A stretch of 64,000 nucleotides of DNA from Felis catus (lineage: Eukaryota): the NCBI RefSeq assembly GCF_018350175.1, contig NC_058368.1, positions 172,734,001-172,798,000 of the forward strand, read 5' to 3'. The position numbers and the translations under genes were made by a program. The notes under the pieces are model-generated. The model saw nothing but the letters and a program-made list of their open reading frames with translations, searched no databases and had not been told where the DNA came from. Position 1 is the first letter of the stretch; every line of letters begins with the position of its first letter. Positions 13,201-24,300 of this stretch are shown here, in pieces.

Positions 13201-16200
13201 GGGAATGTAGGATAAACAAGGAGCCCCATCTGCCTTTACTCCTGGGGTTGCGGCCTCAAAACTGTCCAGTGCAGGTAGCTAGTGAAGTGCAGTAAGGGAT
13301 GGTCTGCAGCAAGCTGGGGTGAGGGTTCCAGCAGTACAGCTCTGGCCAAGAGCACACGGGCCATTGCTGCCAGGGCTTCTGGCATTTCAGGAGAAACTAG
13401 AGATCCTGATTTCGGTCTGATACTCCTGACTTTTAAGTGGTAGCAACTAATGTTTTAAAAACATCATACTGGGGGTGCCTGGGTGACTCAGTTGGTTAAG
13501 TGTCCGACTCCTCTAACTTTAGCTCAGGTCGTGGATGGAGCCCCATATCGGGCTCTACACCAAGAGTGGAGCCTCCTTGGGATTCTCTCTCTCCCTCCCT
13601 CTCTGCCTCTACCTCATGTGTATACATGCACTTTCTCTCTAAATAAATGAATAAAGGGGCGCCTGGGTGGCGCAGTCGGTTAAGCGTCCAACTTCAGCCA
13701 GGTCACGATCTCGCGGTCCGTGGGTTCGAGCCCCGCGTCAGGCTCTGGGCTGATGGCTCGGAGCCTGGAGCCTGTTTCCGATTCTGTGTCTCCCTCTCTC
13801 TCTGCCCCTCCCCCGTTCATGCTCTGTCTCTCTCTGCCCCAAAAATAAATAAACGTTTAAAAATAAATAAATAAATAAATGAATAAACATTAAAAAAAAT
13901 AATAAAAACATCATACTGGCAAAACAAAAGCTGTCTGTGGGCCATACTCAGCTAGTACTCACTCCGGCTCATGAGAAGCTCCCCGAAGGATGTTAAGCTA
14001 GGAGAAATCATGGTCTGATTTGGATTTTGGAAAAAATCTTTTTATGGGAAGAGAGCAAGGATATGGGAGTAATGAGAAGCCTCCTGTCATAATGCCAAGA
14101 TCCGGGCATCAGTGATGGGGGTGTGGTTGGCTAGGTACTGAGGTAGGAGGTCCAGGAAAAGTTAGCTACAAAGCAGGGAGCACTCCTGAATGACCCTGGA
14201 TGCCTGTTCGATCTCGGGGTGATGGTGCAGGAGTCCCTGAGCTGGGTACCCAGGGCCTGTCTGAGCTGGAGATGAGGTGGCTGAGGGCCTTGTAGATAAA
14301 AGGACTATGTGACTGGGTAGTGAAGGGAGCAGGGGTGCCGCCCCCAAGCTGCTTCCTGCCAGGTTGTGGAGAAAACATGAGGCCTGTAAGAAGGCCAAGA
14401 GCTCCTGGGAGAGTGGGATGACCAGGACACTGTCTTTTTGGTTTCAGGGTGACCAGCGGGATGAAGAAGAGACCCAGATGAAGAAGTCAGAATCGGAGGT
14501 AGAGGTGAGAGTTGGGGGAGCAGGACAAAGTGAGGTGGGCAGGGCTTGCCTTAGCTGGGCCTGGCTCTCACCCTTTCTTTGTGCCCCTAGGAGGCAGCAG
14601 CCATTATTGCCCAGCGGCCTGACAACCCACGGGAGTTCTTCAAGCAGCAGGAACGAGTTGCGTCGGCCTCTGCGGGCAGCTGTGATGCACCCTCACCCTT
14701 CAACCACCGACCAGGTAGTCCCAGGTCTAACCCCGCCCCCCACCTGACCCCCTCTCCTCAGGTTTTGGGCCTGAGCCTCTCTGCGACTCTTTCTTGGAAG
14801 GGAAGCCTTCCTTGCCCAAGGACCCCTTTGGAGAAGGCAAGGCCATCCATTCATCAAGTGTGCTTTCACCCACTGGCTCCCAGGTGGCAGGACTGAGAGG
14901 GGCTCAGGTGGGGGGGGGGGGGGTTGGTGTTGGCCTTGGCTGAGCAACAGGTAGTGCTAGAGGTCATCTGGGCAGCTCTGGCATGGGCTGAAACCACCCC
15001 CTCCCGCCCCCTCCCCCCGCCCTTGAGTGTGGGGAGTGGCCCTCCTGGGGTTGAACTAGGTCTTGCCTGAAGGGCTGTGGGTGCATGTGCGGTGGACTCT
15101 TACTCTGGCCCTGAGTTTGAGCAGCCTGGAGCCTGTACCCAGTGCTCACCGTTGGGATTCTCCCTGTGCAGCTTCCACCTCCCTCCACAAAGCACCCTCC
15201 TGCTCTGTCTGCTGATCTGAGTGTTTGCCCCTGCTGTGTGCTTGGCCTTGTGCTGGGGTTCCAGGGGTGGGGCAGGCTGTCCTTGTACTGCTTTGAGTCT
15301 GGCTTTGTATGGCAAGCTCATTGCTCTGCTTGTCTGGTGCTGGTGGGAATCATCTGATGGTTTGAGGCTGTGGCCTAGTATGGCTGATTGTGTGCCCTAG
15401 CGGAAGGCAGTTTGGACTTCTAGGGCCAGCCCTGGGGGCGGGTAAGGCCTCATGGGGGTGGGGGGGAGACTGACCCTCTCTTGTCCTCTGTCTCTCTCTG
15501 TCTGTCTCTCTCGGCAGGTCGTCCGTACTGCCCTTTCATAAAGGCATCGGACAGTGGGCCTTCCTCCTCCTCCTCTTCCTCCTCCTCCCCTCCACGGACT
15601 CCCTTTCCCTATATCACCTGTCACCGCACCCCAAACCTCTCTTCCTCCCTCCCATGTAGGTAGCAGCCCCAGGCCTCAGTGGGGTGGGGTAAGGAGGGCC
15701 CCGCTTCCCAGCAGTGCCCCTGCCCTCCCCCATCCTGACCGCTGATCTCTGGTGTTTGTCCCCAGAGCAGGTATTACCTGCCTCTTTCCCCTGGCCCTGA
15801 AGGGGCTCTTGTCCCAAGGGACCTGGCTTCTAGGGTCTGGAGCTGTGGTCTGGCCCCTGAAGGGCTGGGGGGCTCCTAGCCCCTACCCAGACTCCAGACA
15901 GGAGGTGATGGCCAGGCCCCCAAGGTGGACAATCCTGGTCCCACCTGGCTCCCTTGGCCCTTACTGACCAGCCTGGGGGTTTGTTCCATAGGCAGCCACC
16001 TGGACAGCCACCGGAGGATGGCACCCACCCCCATCCCCACCCGGAGCCCATCTGACTCCAGCACGGCTTCTACCCCTGTCGCTGAACAGATTGAGCGGGC
16101 TCTGGATGAGGTCACGTCCTCGCAGCCTCCACCACTGCCTCCGCCACCCCCTCAAGGTGAATGGAGGGGCTGCACCCTAGCTGCACCAGGCCTCTCCCCA

Positions 16201-17699
16201 GTCCCCAGGCTGGGAACCCCACGTGGCCATAGTAACAACTCCTTAGGGATCTGGGCCACCCATCACTGGGCCTCCCAGTAGCTATGGCAGGGAGGAAGCT
16301 TGGTGTTGCAGGCAGACCTGCTATCTCTGAATCTCAGTATCTCTCACTGGAATGTGGATGGGGCCTTCCTCCCAGGGCTGCCGAGCAGTTTAAAGACACT
16401 AGGAGATAAAGGGGCAGCAGGGCCCAGTGGGTGTTCTGGAAGGTGCTCTGTATGGAGCTCTTAGTGGAAGCCTTCTGTCCTGGAAGTCAGGGGGTAGGCA
16501 GAGTACAGTAGGGTGGCTGTCCCAGGCCTGCTTCTTTCCCTGAGGGAGCTGACCACATCTCTCTCCTGCATTTGTGCTATTGCAGAGACCCAGGAGCCCG
16601 AGCCTGGCCTGGATAGTGAAGAGACCAGCAAAGAGGCCAGAGCAACAGCCCCTCAGGCCTGGGCAGGCCCCATGGAGGAGCCCCCACAGGCACCAGAACC
16701 TCCCCAGGGGCAAGGCAGCCCCACGGAGGACTTGATGTTCATGGCATCTCCAGAGCAGGCTGTCCTGGCTGCCCCTCTGGAGCCTGCCATGGCCAACACC
16801 ACCACAGCTGACATCCCGGTAGCTGATGCCATTGAAACCGACACTGCCACTGCCGATACCGCTGTTGCCAACACCATTTCCCCTGCCGCTGCCAGCCTCA
16901 TTGACCTATGGCCTGGCAACGGGGAAGAGGCCTCCACATCCCAGGCTGAGCCTAGGGTCCCTACACCACCTTCAGGTGCCGAGGTCACTCTGGCAGAGGT
17001 ACCCCTGCTAGATGAGGTGGTTGAGGAGCCACTGCCACTGGCAGGCAAAGGCTGTGCCAACCTTCTCAATTTTGATGAGCTGCCTGAGCCGCCAGCTACC
17101 TTCTGTGACCCAGAAGAGGAAATAGAAGGGGAGCCTCTGGCCACCTCCCAGGTCCCAACTCTGCCCTCTGCTCTAGAGGAGCTGGATCAGGAGCCAGAGC
17201 TGGAGCCAGAGCCAGAGCCCCACCTGCTGACCAATGGCGAGACCACCCAGAAGGAGGGGACCCAGGTGGGGCAGGGACAGCCTGGTGGTAGGGGTGGTGG
17301 TCAGGGTTCTAGCAGGCAGTACCTCCATTCTCTGAGACCCATATTATTGGAGGGAGGCTCCATTTCATTCTCCCTCCTTGGGCCATCTCTGCTTTTGTGC
17401 CCAAGGCAGGCATATGTTTCCCTGGAAACCACTGATAGAATCACTGGTTGCTGGGGAAACGCTCAGGCCTGGTAGGTCAGCCCTAGCCCTCCTGGGTGGG
17501 GCCCAGTGACCTGGAGCTTTCCTCCTGCAGGCCAGTGAGGGGTACTTCAGCCAATCACAGGAGGAGGAGTTCGCCCAATCCGAAGAGCTGTGCGCAAAGG
17601 CCCCGCCTCCTGTGTTCTACAACAAACCTCCAGGTAGTGCTGGGGTGCGTGATAGGGAGGAGTTCCGGTAGGGGTGCTGGGTTCAAGTGTGAAGATGCG

Positions 17700-17740
<41 letters not shown>

Positions 17741-17928
17741 TCACTTGGGGGTGTTGCGTTCAAGTGTGGATACAGCCACAGCTCCCAGGGGTTTGGGGAA
17801 ACAGCCATGGATGTGCTGGGCCATCTCCTTATCTTCCCTCCTTTCCCAACACCATAGAAATCGACATCACCTGCTGGGACGCAGACCCAGTACCAGAAGA
17901 GGAGGAGGGCTTCGAGGGCGGTGATTAG
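3592..17928 (+). CDS. DBN1: Drebrin 1. Exons 3592-3677, 8387-8442, 9054-9166, 9325-9399, 9500-9646, 9785-9862, 10137-10288, 10373-10436, 14448-14504, 14591-14714, [15518-15655 drebrin A cassette], 15992-16156, 16586-17265, 17531-17633, 17858-17928. 656 aa (E form) or 702 aa (A form).
   Basis: Starts [29 protein letters not shown] (ADF-H domain), followed by the coiled coil [13 protein letters not shown], Homer ligands PPATF and PPPVF, and C-terminus [21 protein letters not shown]. All introns are GT-AG and phases sum to 1971 nt without the cassette. Confidence 0.97.
4895..4986 (+). CDS. DBN1: Alternative first coding exon of DBN1 ([31 protein letters not shown])
   Basis: ATG in good context (aagATGG), 92 nt, donor CAG|gtcagt in phase 2, the same phase as canonical exon 1. 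The peptide resembles the alternative human drebrin N-terminus as I recall it. Confidence 0.75.
5398..5424. repeat. (CA)n microsatellite
   Basis: About 12 CA units. Confidence 0.85.
7128..7365 (+). repeat. Polypyrimidine/polypurine low-complexity tract (about 240 bp)
   Basis: Almost only C/T on the plus strand. Confidence 0.85.
11370..11775 (-). mobile_element. Old L1 (L1M-type) 3' end fragment in DBN1 intron 8
   Basis: AT-rich; typical antisense L1 3'UTR phrases (ttttcaaggttcatccatgt, aatactccattgtatgtataccacattttgtttaccc). Confidence 0.7.
13471..13905 (+). mobile_element. Nested CAN-SINEs: young copy 13656-13872 inside the tail of an older copy
   Basis: Two SINE heads; inner TSD aaataaatgaataaa, outer TSD aaaaacatcatactg. 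Confidence 0.9.
15518..15655 (+). CDS. DBN1: Drebrin A-specific (Ins2) cassette exon, 138 nt / 46 aa
   Basis: Encodes [46 protein letters not shown]. Long CT tract plus cag acceptor, gtaggt donor, frame-preserving phase 1-1. Confidence 0.93.
17696..17739. repeat. (GC)n(AC)n alternating purine-pyrimidine microsatellite
   Basis: tgcgcgcgcgcgcacacacac...acg in the last DBN1 intron. Confidence 0.9.
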
Positions 17929-18407
17929 CGGTGGCGCCCGCCCTCAGGCTGCCCTCGCCAAGGCCGCCCACCTGTGCCGGCCTCTGGCCAGACGGCCCGC
18001 CGTGCCTGCACTCGCAGCAGCTCCGCCTGGCACCCACTCCGGATTCCGGCCCTGGCCCGGGACTTGGCCGCTTCCCCACCCACAGGGCCTGACTTTTACA
18101 GCTTTTCTCTTTTTTTTAAAGTTGATAGGAGACTTGTACAGTTGACTGGTTTTCCTCCCGTTGGTAGTTGAGACGCTGTTGCAAATTCTACCCCCTCCCC
18201 GCCCGGACCAGATTGTAGCTCTTAGTCCTCCCTGCTCACTCAGCTGGACGGGGTGGAGGCCTCGCCCTTCGTGGGAGCCTGGCGTCGGGGGAGCTCTGGT
18301 GGGAAAATGCCCCACCTCTTTTCCTAGTTTTATGTTTCTTGGAAAAATATCACTTTGTATTCTCTGTCCAGGGCTTCAGATATTTTGCACGAATTTTAAA
18401 ACATGGC

Positions 18408-18724
18408 AATAAATGGCTCGTGGGCTCTGGCTCCCTGGGACCCCCTCCCCGCCCTTCTCTTGACCCCTCCCCGCCTGGCCCAAAGGAAGTAGGCCCAGCT
18501 GGGGCCCCTCGGCTTCCAGGCCCTTTCCTGCCCCCCTCCTGCTGGGCAGGTCCCAAGCTGGAGGCCCTAGGCGCGGATCAGGTTAGGGCTATCGGTGGGG
18601 CCCGGGGCTTAAATGGCCCCTCCCTAACTCCTCCCTCTTTGCTTGGGTTCCTTTTTCACGTTCAGTAACTGTTTTTGGAAAGCACAAACTTCTGTAACGG
18701 GTCGTGCTCATGTCTGTTAATAAA
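18408..18724 (+). terminator. DBN1: DBN1 tandem polyadenylation signals, AATAAA at 18408-18413 and 18719-18724
   Basis: Two canonical hexamers in the 3' UTR downstream of the stop at 17928. Confidence 0.7.
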
Positions 18725-19051
18725 GAAATCCAGATCCCTTCAGGCCTGCTGCTCCGGGCCTCCAGGGGCGGATCTGTGGTGTGCCGCCTCCCCTGACCCC
18801 CATTCCCAACTCTTCCCACTTCCAAGGCCACAGGGAGCACCCTCACCGTGATCTCACGGGCAGGGAAGGTAGGGTCTGAAGCTCCCAGAGGAATCAGCCT
18901 GTGAAGTTTAGTTCCTCAACCTCAGGTCAGTTTTTAGCCAGAAGACGCGTTCAGGTTCTGGGTCGCCAAGGCCCAGGCACGCCTGGCTACCAAAACCTTG
19001 GGCGCAAGCAGTGGGTGCCCCCTCCGCTTGTACCAAACCAGATCACACACC

Positions 19052-19057
19052 TTTATT
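19052..19057 (-). terminator. PRR7: PRR7 polyadenylation signal (AATAAA on minus strand)
   Basis: tttatt on the plus strand about 135 nt past the PRR7 stop codon. Confidence 0.7.
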
Positions 19058-19099
19058 ATCCTCAAAATGTAACAAACGGGGTAAGAAATCCCTCCCTCC

Positions 19100-21060
19100 C
19101 CACCCCTCCCCGCAGTCCAAGGGAAGCGTTTAAAAAGCCCCGCAGTCAGGCCACGAGTTCGCGGGTGAGGCCCGGAACGCCGGACGCCCCTCTATACGGC
19201 TGTAGTCCTCCCGAACAAGGGGATGGAGACCGGCAGGCGCCAAGCTCCGTGCTCCAGCGGCTCGCGGCTGCTGAGTTCCGAGTCGGTCCAGCTGGGGAAG
19301 ACCCGGCGGCCACGGTCCGCCTGCAGACAGAGTGCAGGGCAGGGGGCCGCAGGCCGCGGAGCGCTGGGCAGGTGCAGCGCTGACGTGTAGCCCCGGTCCA
19401 GGAAGAGCGGCTTGTAACTGGGCGGCGGCTGCTCCTGTTTCTCCGAGCTGTCGCGGCGGCTCAGAAAGGGTGTGACGATCTTGCGGTAGAGGCCGCGCGT
19501 GTCCGTGAGCACCTCACTGTAGGGCGGCGGCGGCTCGGCCATCAGCACCGCCTCTTCATAGCACGGTGGCTTGGACATGTCCGATTCCGCTGCGGAGTGG
19601 GAAATGTTCCGAGGGTGAGGCCACCCGTCCCTGGCCTCCGGCCAGCTGCCAACCCCAGGCCCAGCCCGCTACCTCCTAGGTTCTCTGGGAGGCTGTCCCA
19701 TGGAAGGCTCGCCTGTTAGTAGTGATCCCGCCCACCTCTCAGTGGCCCTCGTTGCCCACGGCAGAGGTCTGGGCTTACCTTGACGCGGATAACTCCAAGG
19801 CCGCGGCGGCACTGAGAGGTGCGGGGGCGGCGGATGAGGAAGCGCGTGGTGGTGTGCGTGCGGGTGTGCGTGTGGCTGCGCCGGCCCGTGGTGCAGCAGC
19901 GGGTGGACGTGCACGTGCTGATGCGCGTGCGCCGGCGCCTCGAGGCGGCCGCGCTGCGGTGGTGGTGGCGGCGCTAGGCCTGGGGGGCTTCCGGCCAGGC
20001 TGCCCTCGAGCTCGAGGGGCTCCAGCTCGAGGGCGCGGAGGTTCTGCTCACGTAGTCGTTCCTCCTGGCGCCGTTTGAGGCGGCGGCGCAGGAAGCTGCA
20101 GAAGCAGCAGAGTAGGACGATGAGACCCCAGATGAGCCAGAAACCGGCGAAGCACGTGAGGAACGTGTAGGTGCCCTGGGACATAACCATGGCGGCGGCG
20201 GGGCGGCGGGTCCTCGGCTGCTTCACTGGACACTGGGTTCCTCTACGTGGCCCCGGGCCCGCGCCACGCTCCCAGGCGCCGCCAGCGTCACTCGGGGACC
20301 TGCGGCCGGGGGCTGCTCGCGGCGGGGCTCAAGTCGTGCGCGCGCCGGCGGGGGGCAAAAGCAGCGGCGCCCGCTCCTTCCCATGGCGCCGGTGGGAGCG
20401 CGGGTGGGCCTCACCCGGGGCCGCGCGGGACCTGTAGAACAGACACAGGGCGCGGTGAAGGCGCGTTGCAGCCCCGACGACTTCCCTGACTGCGCCCGTG
20501 CCCTGCGCAGTTCTGGGGAAGCCTCCTCTGCGGGAACCCCCGCACTCCCCCCCGGGGCGGTGACGTCACCATGGGGATGACGTCATACCTCGAGGTTTCC
20601 CCGCTAGGGCTTTCCCGGATCTGAGACCCGGCCGCCGCCGCAGCTGAGCCGAGGGGACTCCAGGCAGGCCAGCAGAGGGCGCGCGAAGGCCAGTCTCGGC
20701 CTCTGTACTCAAGGGAGGTTCGCTACCCCACGGGGTACCCCAGCTCGGAAAGGGTTTCAGAGGCCCGTGGACAGACCCTCAGGGCACTGAAGAGGAGTTT
20801 CTGCGCGGTTGCTTTGCGGCGGGGAAAGGGTGGCCCACCTCCTATAGCCCCACAAGCAGCCCACCGACGCCCAGCTTTAGCCCTAGGCATCCGCGGCTCT
20901 AGGCCTTGTACCCGCTCCTACCCATGGCCGCGCAAAGCATGGAACATCTAGGTCCGCACTGCGGGCCTCCTGGTCGTCGCCGCTCTTGTAGAAGAGGCTC
21001 AGGAGGGGTCGTTCCGGCTGTTACTGCGTGCCACTGGCCTGCTTTTGTCTGCACGTCCGG
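19100..21060. promoter_or_regulatory. CpG island over PRR7 coding exons, with tandem CRE sites and a CTCF-like motif
   Basis: High CpG density; TGACGTCA at 20561 and 20578; CCAGCAGAGGGCGC at 20669. Confidence 0.7.
19192..20190 (-). CDS. PRR7: Proline-rich 7 (synaptic transmembrane adaptor). Coding exons 20190-19779 and 19589-19192, 269 aa.
   Basis: [31 protein letters not shown] (TM plus Cys cluster), His/Pro-rich region, PPxY motifs (PPCY, PPPY, PPSY), C-terminal PDZ ligand TTAV. GT-AG intron, phase 1; 810 nt in total. Confidence 0.96.
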
Positions 21061-24000
21061 GCGTGGGCTGTTCCCTTTTTTCCTTTCCTCTAGGCGCCTC
21101 CGCCTGTCAGATCCCAGCTCTGTTTCCCCAGCCTCCTACCAATTCGCAGCCTCATTGGCCCTACCCTCCTAGCACCAGTAGGCCTTATCAATTCCTTTAC
21201 GTTTCTGCAGAGGGTAGGAAAAGTAGCTCGTTTGCACGTGTATCACCTGGCCCATGGGCGCCTCTAGTTCTGCCTCCTTCTTCCTCTCTACAGCCAGGGT
21301 TTAGAGAGGAACCTTGCATCCTGAGGTATGTAGGATGGAGCCCTGACTGTGGAGTGACGGGTAGCAGGTGATTGTTCACCACCCCCGCAGAACAGAAGGG
21401 TGCCCTTCTTGAATGCCTTATACCCAGGGTTTTCACATATAACCCTTTAGGGTAACTGCGGTTATTCCTATTTTGCAGACGGAGGGGATGGGGAGGTGGC
21501 AATTAGCTGTGTAGAGGGCAGATGGCAGTGCCTTAATTTGAACCCAAGCCTGGCCACAAAACCCTAGCCAGGGGTGGGAGAGTGCTGCTGCTTGAGCTAC
21601 TTTGTGGGCCCCTCTTCCAGGAGCCCCATGGACAGCCCCCCATCCTCAACATATCCAAGGCACACACACACACATTTAGCTCTGGGGGCCGTGGTGGCCC
21701 TGAGCTCCAAGCAGGAGGTCCACATCAAGCTGTCTCAGACTGTTCTGGCAGCAAGCTGGGGGGAAGCCAGGCCACGGGCCACCCCACACTTCTCCCAGAT
21801 GGATCCTGTCTGATTCTCTGGCTGCCTTATGCCATGTGCCACTTGGTCCCCGTGCCAGTCCCTTTCTCCTGGGCCTGTGTTCCAGAACAGACAATGGCAA
21901 GAACAATAGCTCCACCCGCCCCCTCCACAACCCTGCCATGAGGCTGCCATGGCGACGCAGCCCAGATAAAAACACGATGCTGCCAGTCACTGGGAGTTAA
22001 TTAAATCTGTTGTTCTCCTTTTCCTGAGCCCACAGGAATTTTCAGGAATGCTCTGAGGAAGCTGGCACTAACTAGGGGGCCCCTTGGCCTGCAGAGCAGG
22101 AATAGCTCCAGATCAGAAAAGGTACTTCTGGGACTGGAGGTGAAGAAGTTTAGCTGAATTAGAAATAGAAATACCTGCCAAGGACTGTCTACTGCATGTC
22201 AAGCCTTGTTCTAGGCCCTTTCCATTTGGAATCTCACATGATATGTAATACCTCCTTCTCAGTGGGGGCCCATTTGATAGATGAGGAAACAGGGCCAGAG
22301 AAATGATTTGCCCCAGGTCACACAGCTGATAAGGGGAGGAGTAAGGATTTAGCCGAGTCTGAATCGAGAGTCAGTCAAAATACTTTCCATTACAAGACTA
22401 CTGAGACATAAATGAAGAGCCCAGTGCATGTGAGCACTTGGCACATGAAGACTTGGCAGCCATGGGGATACTGAGCTGACTGGCCAGCTTGTAGCCAAAA
22501 CATACCTTTCTGTTCCTTCGCACCAAAGCCCTGGGGCTTCTGGCCACCATGCCTCAGCTCAAGAGTAGGAAAACGCTATAGAGTGGAGAAATGGGATGGC
22601 AGCTCCAAGGTTAACAAGGAACAAATAACAGAGACTCTGCCCTGAGGGGCCCAGCTCAGCTGACTGGGCATTAAGGTGGACAGAGGCAGGCCACAACCAA
22701 GACTCTCTGGGTGCCAATGTGGCCCCTCAGCAAGGAGGCAGGAATCACTGCCATATTTTATGGATTAGGCCGCTCTCTGTCATGCTGGCGCCAGTGCCCA
22801 GTTTGAGTGGGCATGGGTTTGATGCTAAACACTCCCTCTTAGGCTACTACTTCACTCAGTGGTACTCTGGCAGGCCCAGAGGGCATGGGTCCTGCCAGAG
22901 GCCTCCCTCCGGCCTGTGTCTGGCCCACAGGGAGTTGCTTAGTACATTTCATCTAATCCACAGTAGGTGCTCAACACATAAATGTCAAGAGACCTTTCCA
23001 GATGCTCTTCCTGACAGACCAGGCTTCTCCCATCTTCCTCAAAGAGCTGTCCCTTTACCCCTTCGTACTTCTGTGCAGGCTCCTGCCTGTGTCTGGGGAG
23101 CCCTTCAGTGCAGATCCTGCCTGCCACCTCTTACTCACAGTCACGCACCCTCTCCATCCCCTCCAGACTCTCCAGAGCAAATACCGCATTTGTCCAACTC
23201 CAGCTGTGTGCTAGGGGTTGTGCCTACCCCCTTAAGTCTGCCATTTTATGATTTGTTTCTTCTTTCTCCTTTCTTACCTTCTTGCAGGTTATTTGAACTT
23301 TTTTTTTTTTTTAGGATTCCATCTTGATTTATTTACAGTGTTTGTGAGTGTACTGTTTTGTATGTTTTCTTAGGCCACGCACTCACTGGGGTACAGCAGG
23401 GGGACACAAACAAGACCCCAGGGGGTGAATTTCTTAACCTCTGTAATGCCAGTTTCCCCATCAGTGACCATGGTGAAAACTGAGCTAGTCCATGCAAAGG
23501 GTTTGGAGATGCCCAACACACATTAGTGCTGATGATGGCAGCTTCGGAGCTGGGGATGCAGAGATGTGCATGTCCTTTAGGTGCTCCCTGCCTGAGGGCT
23601 GGATGTCACAAATCATTCTCAGTCATCCTACAAACTAGGTTAGCATTCCTCCCATTTGACAGATGAGAGCACTTGGCTCAAAGAAATCAAATGATACCCA
23701 AGGTCACACAGATTTCTTATTCTGGTGCCTGGTGCACTGCTGTGGGCATCTACCACATTGCTCCTCTGCATGAAGAACCCCAGTAATCTTAGACCCTTAA
23801 AATCTACTAGATCTTTTATCTCAGTAAAGGGCCCACCATTTGCTCCAGCCACTAAATCCTGTTTTTACCCTCAGTGCACTGTGCCTTCATCTGTCTACTT
23901 CCTTTGGTCCCCCTGCCACTACCTTCGCCAGGCCCCCATCATCTCTCACCTGGGCCCCTGTCACCATGCTTGCCACCGCCCTCTGTACTTCCATGCTATG

Positions 24001-24114
24001 CTCCTGTTCAGCCTACCCACTTTCCACATTGTTGTTTCCCCCAGGCCCTTTCCTGCCTGAATCTTCTGGCAACTCCCACCCCTTCAGGAAGCAGCCTAGC
24101 TCTTTAAGACAGCG

Positions 24115-24300
24115 TAGATGCGTGCCTCTTAAACTTGAATCAGCGTCAGAGCTATGGGGAGGGCTTGTTAAAACAGAGTGCTGGGCTCTGCTCCCAATGT
24201 TTGCTTCAGTAGGTCTGGGGTTGGACCCGAGAGTTTGCATTTCTAACAAATTCCCAGCAGATGCTGATGATGTGGTCCAGAGAGCACACTTGGAGAACTG
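24115..24300. mobile_element. MER5A-like hAT DNA transposon remnant
   Basis: Characteristic core cagtaggtctgggg...tttgcatttctaacaaattccca...gatgctgatg. Confidence 0.7.

Noticed and set aside
16513..17475. 320-aa ORF as a standalone gene
   Set aside because: It is DBN1 exon 16586-17265 plus flanking intron read-through.
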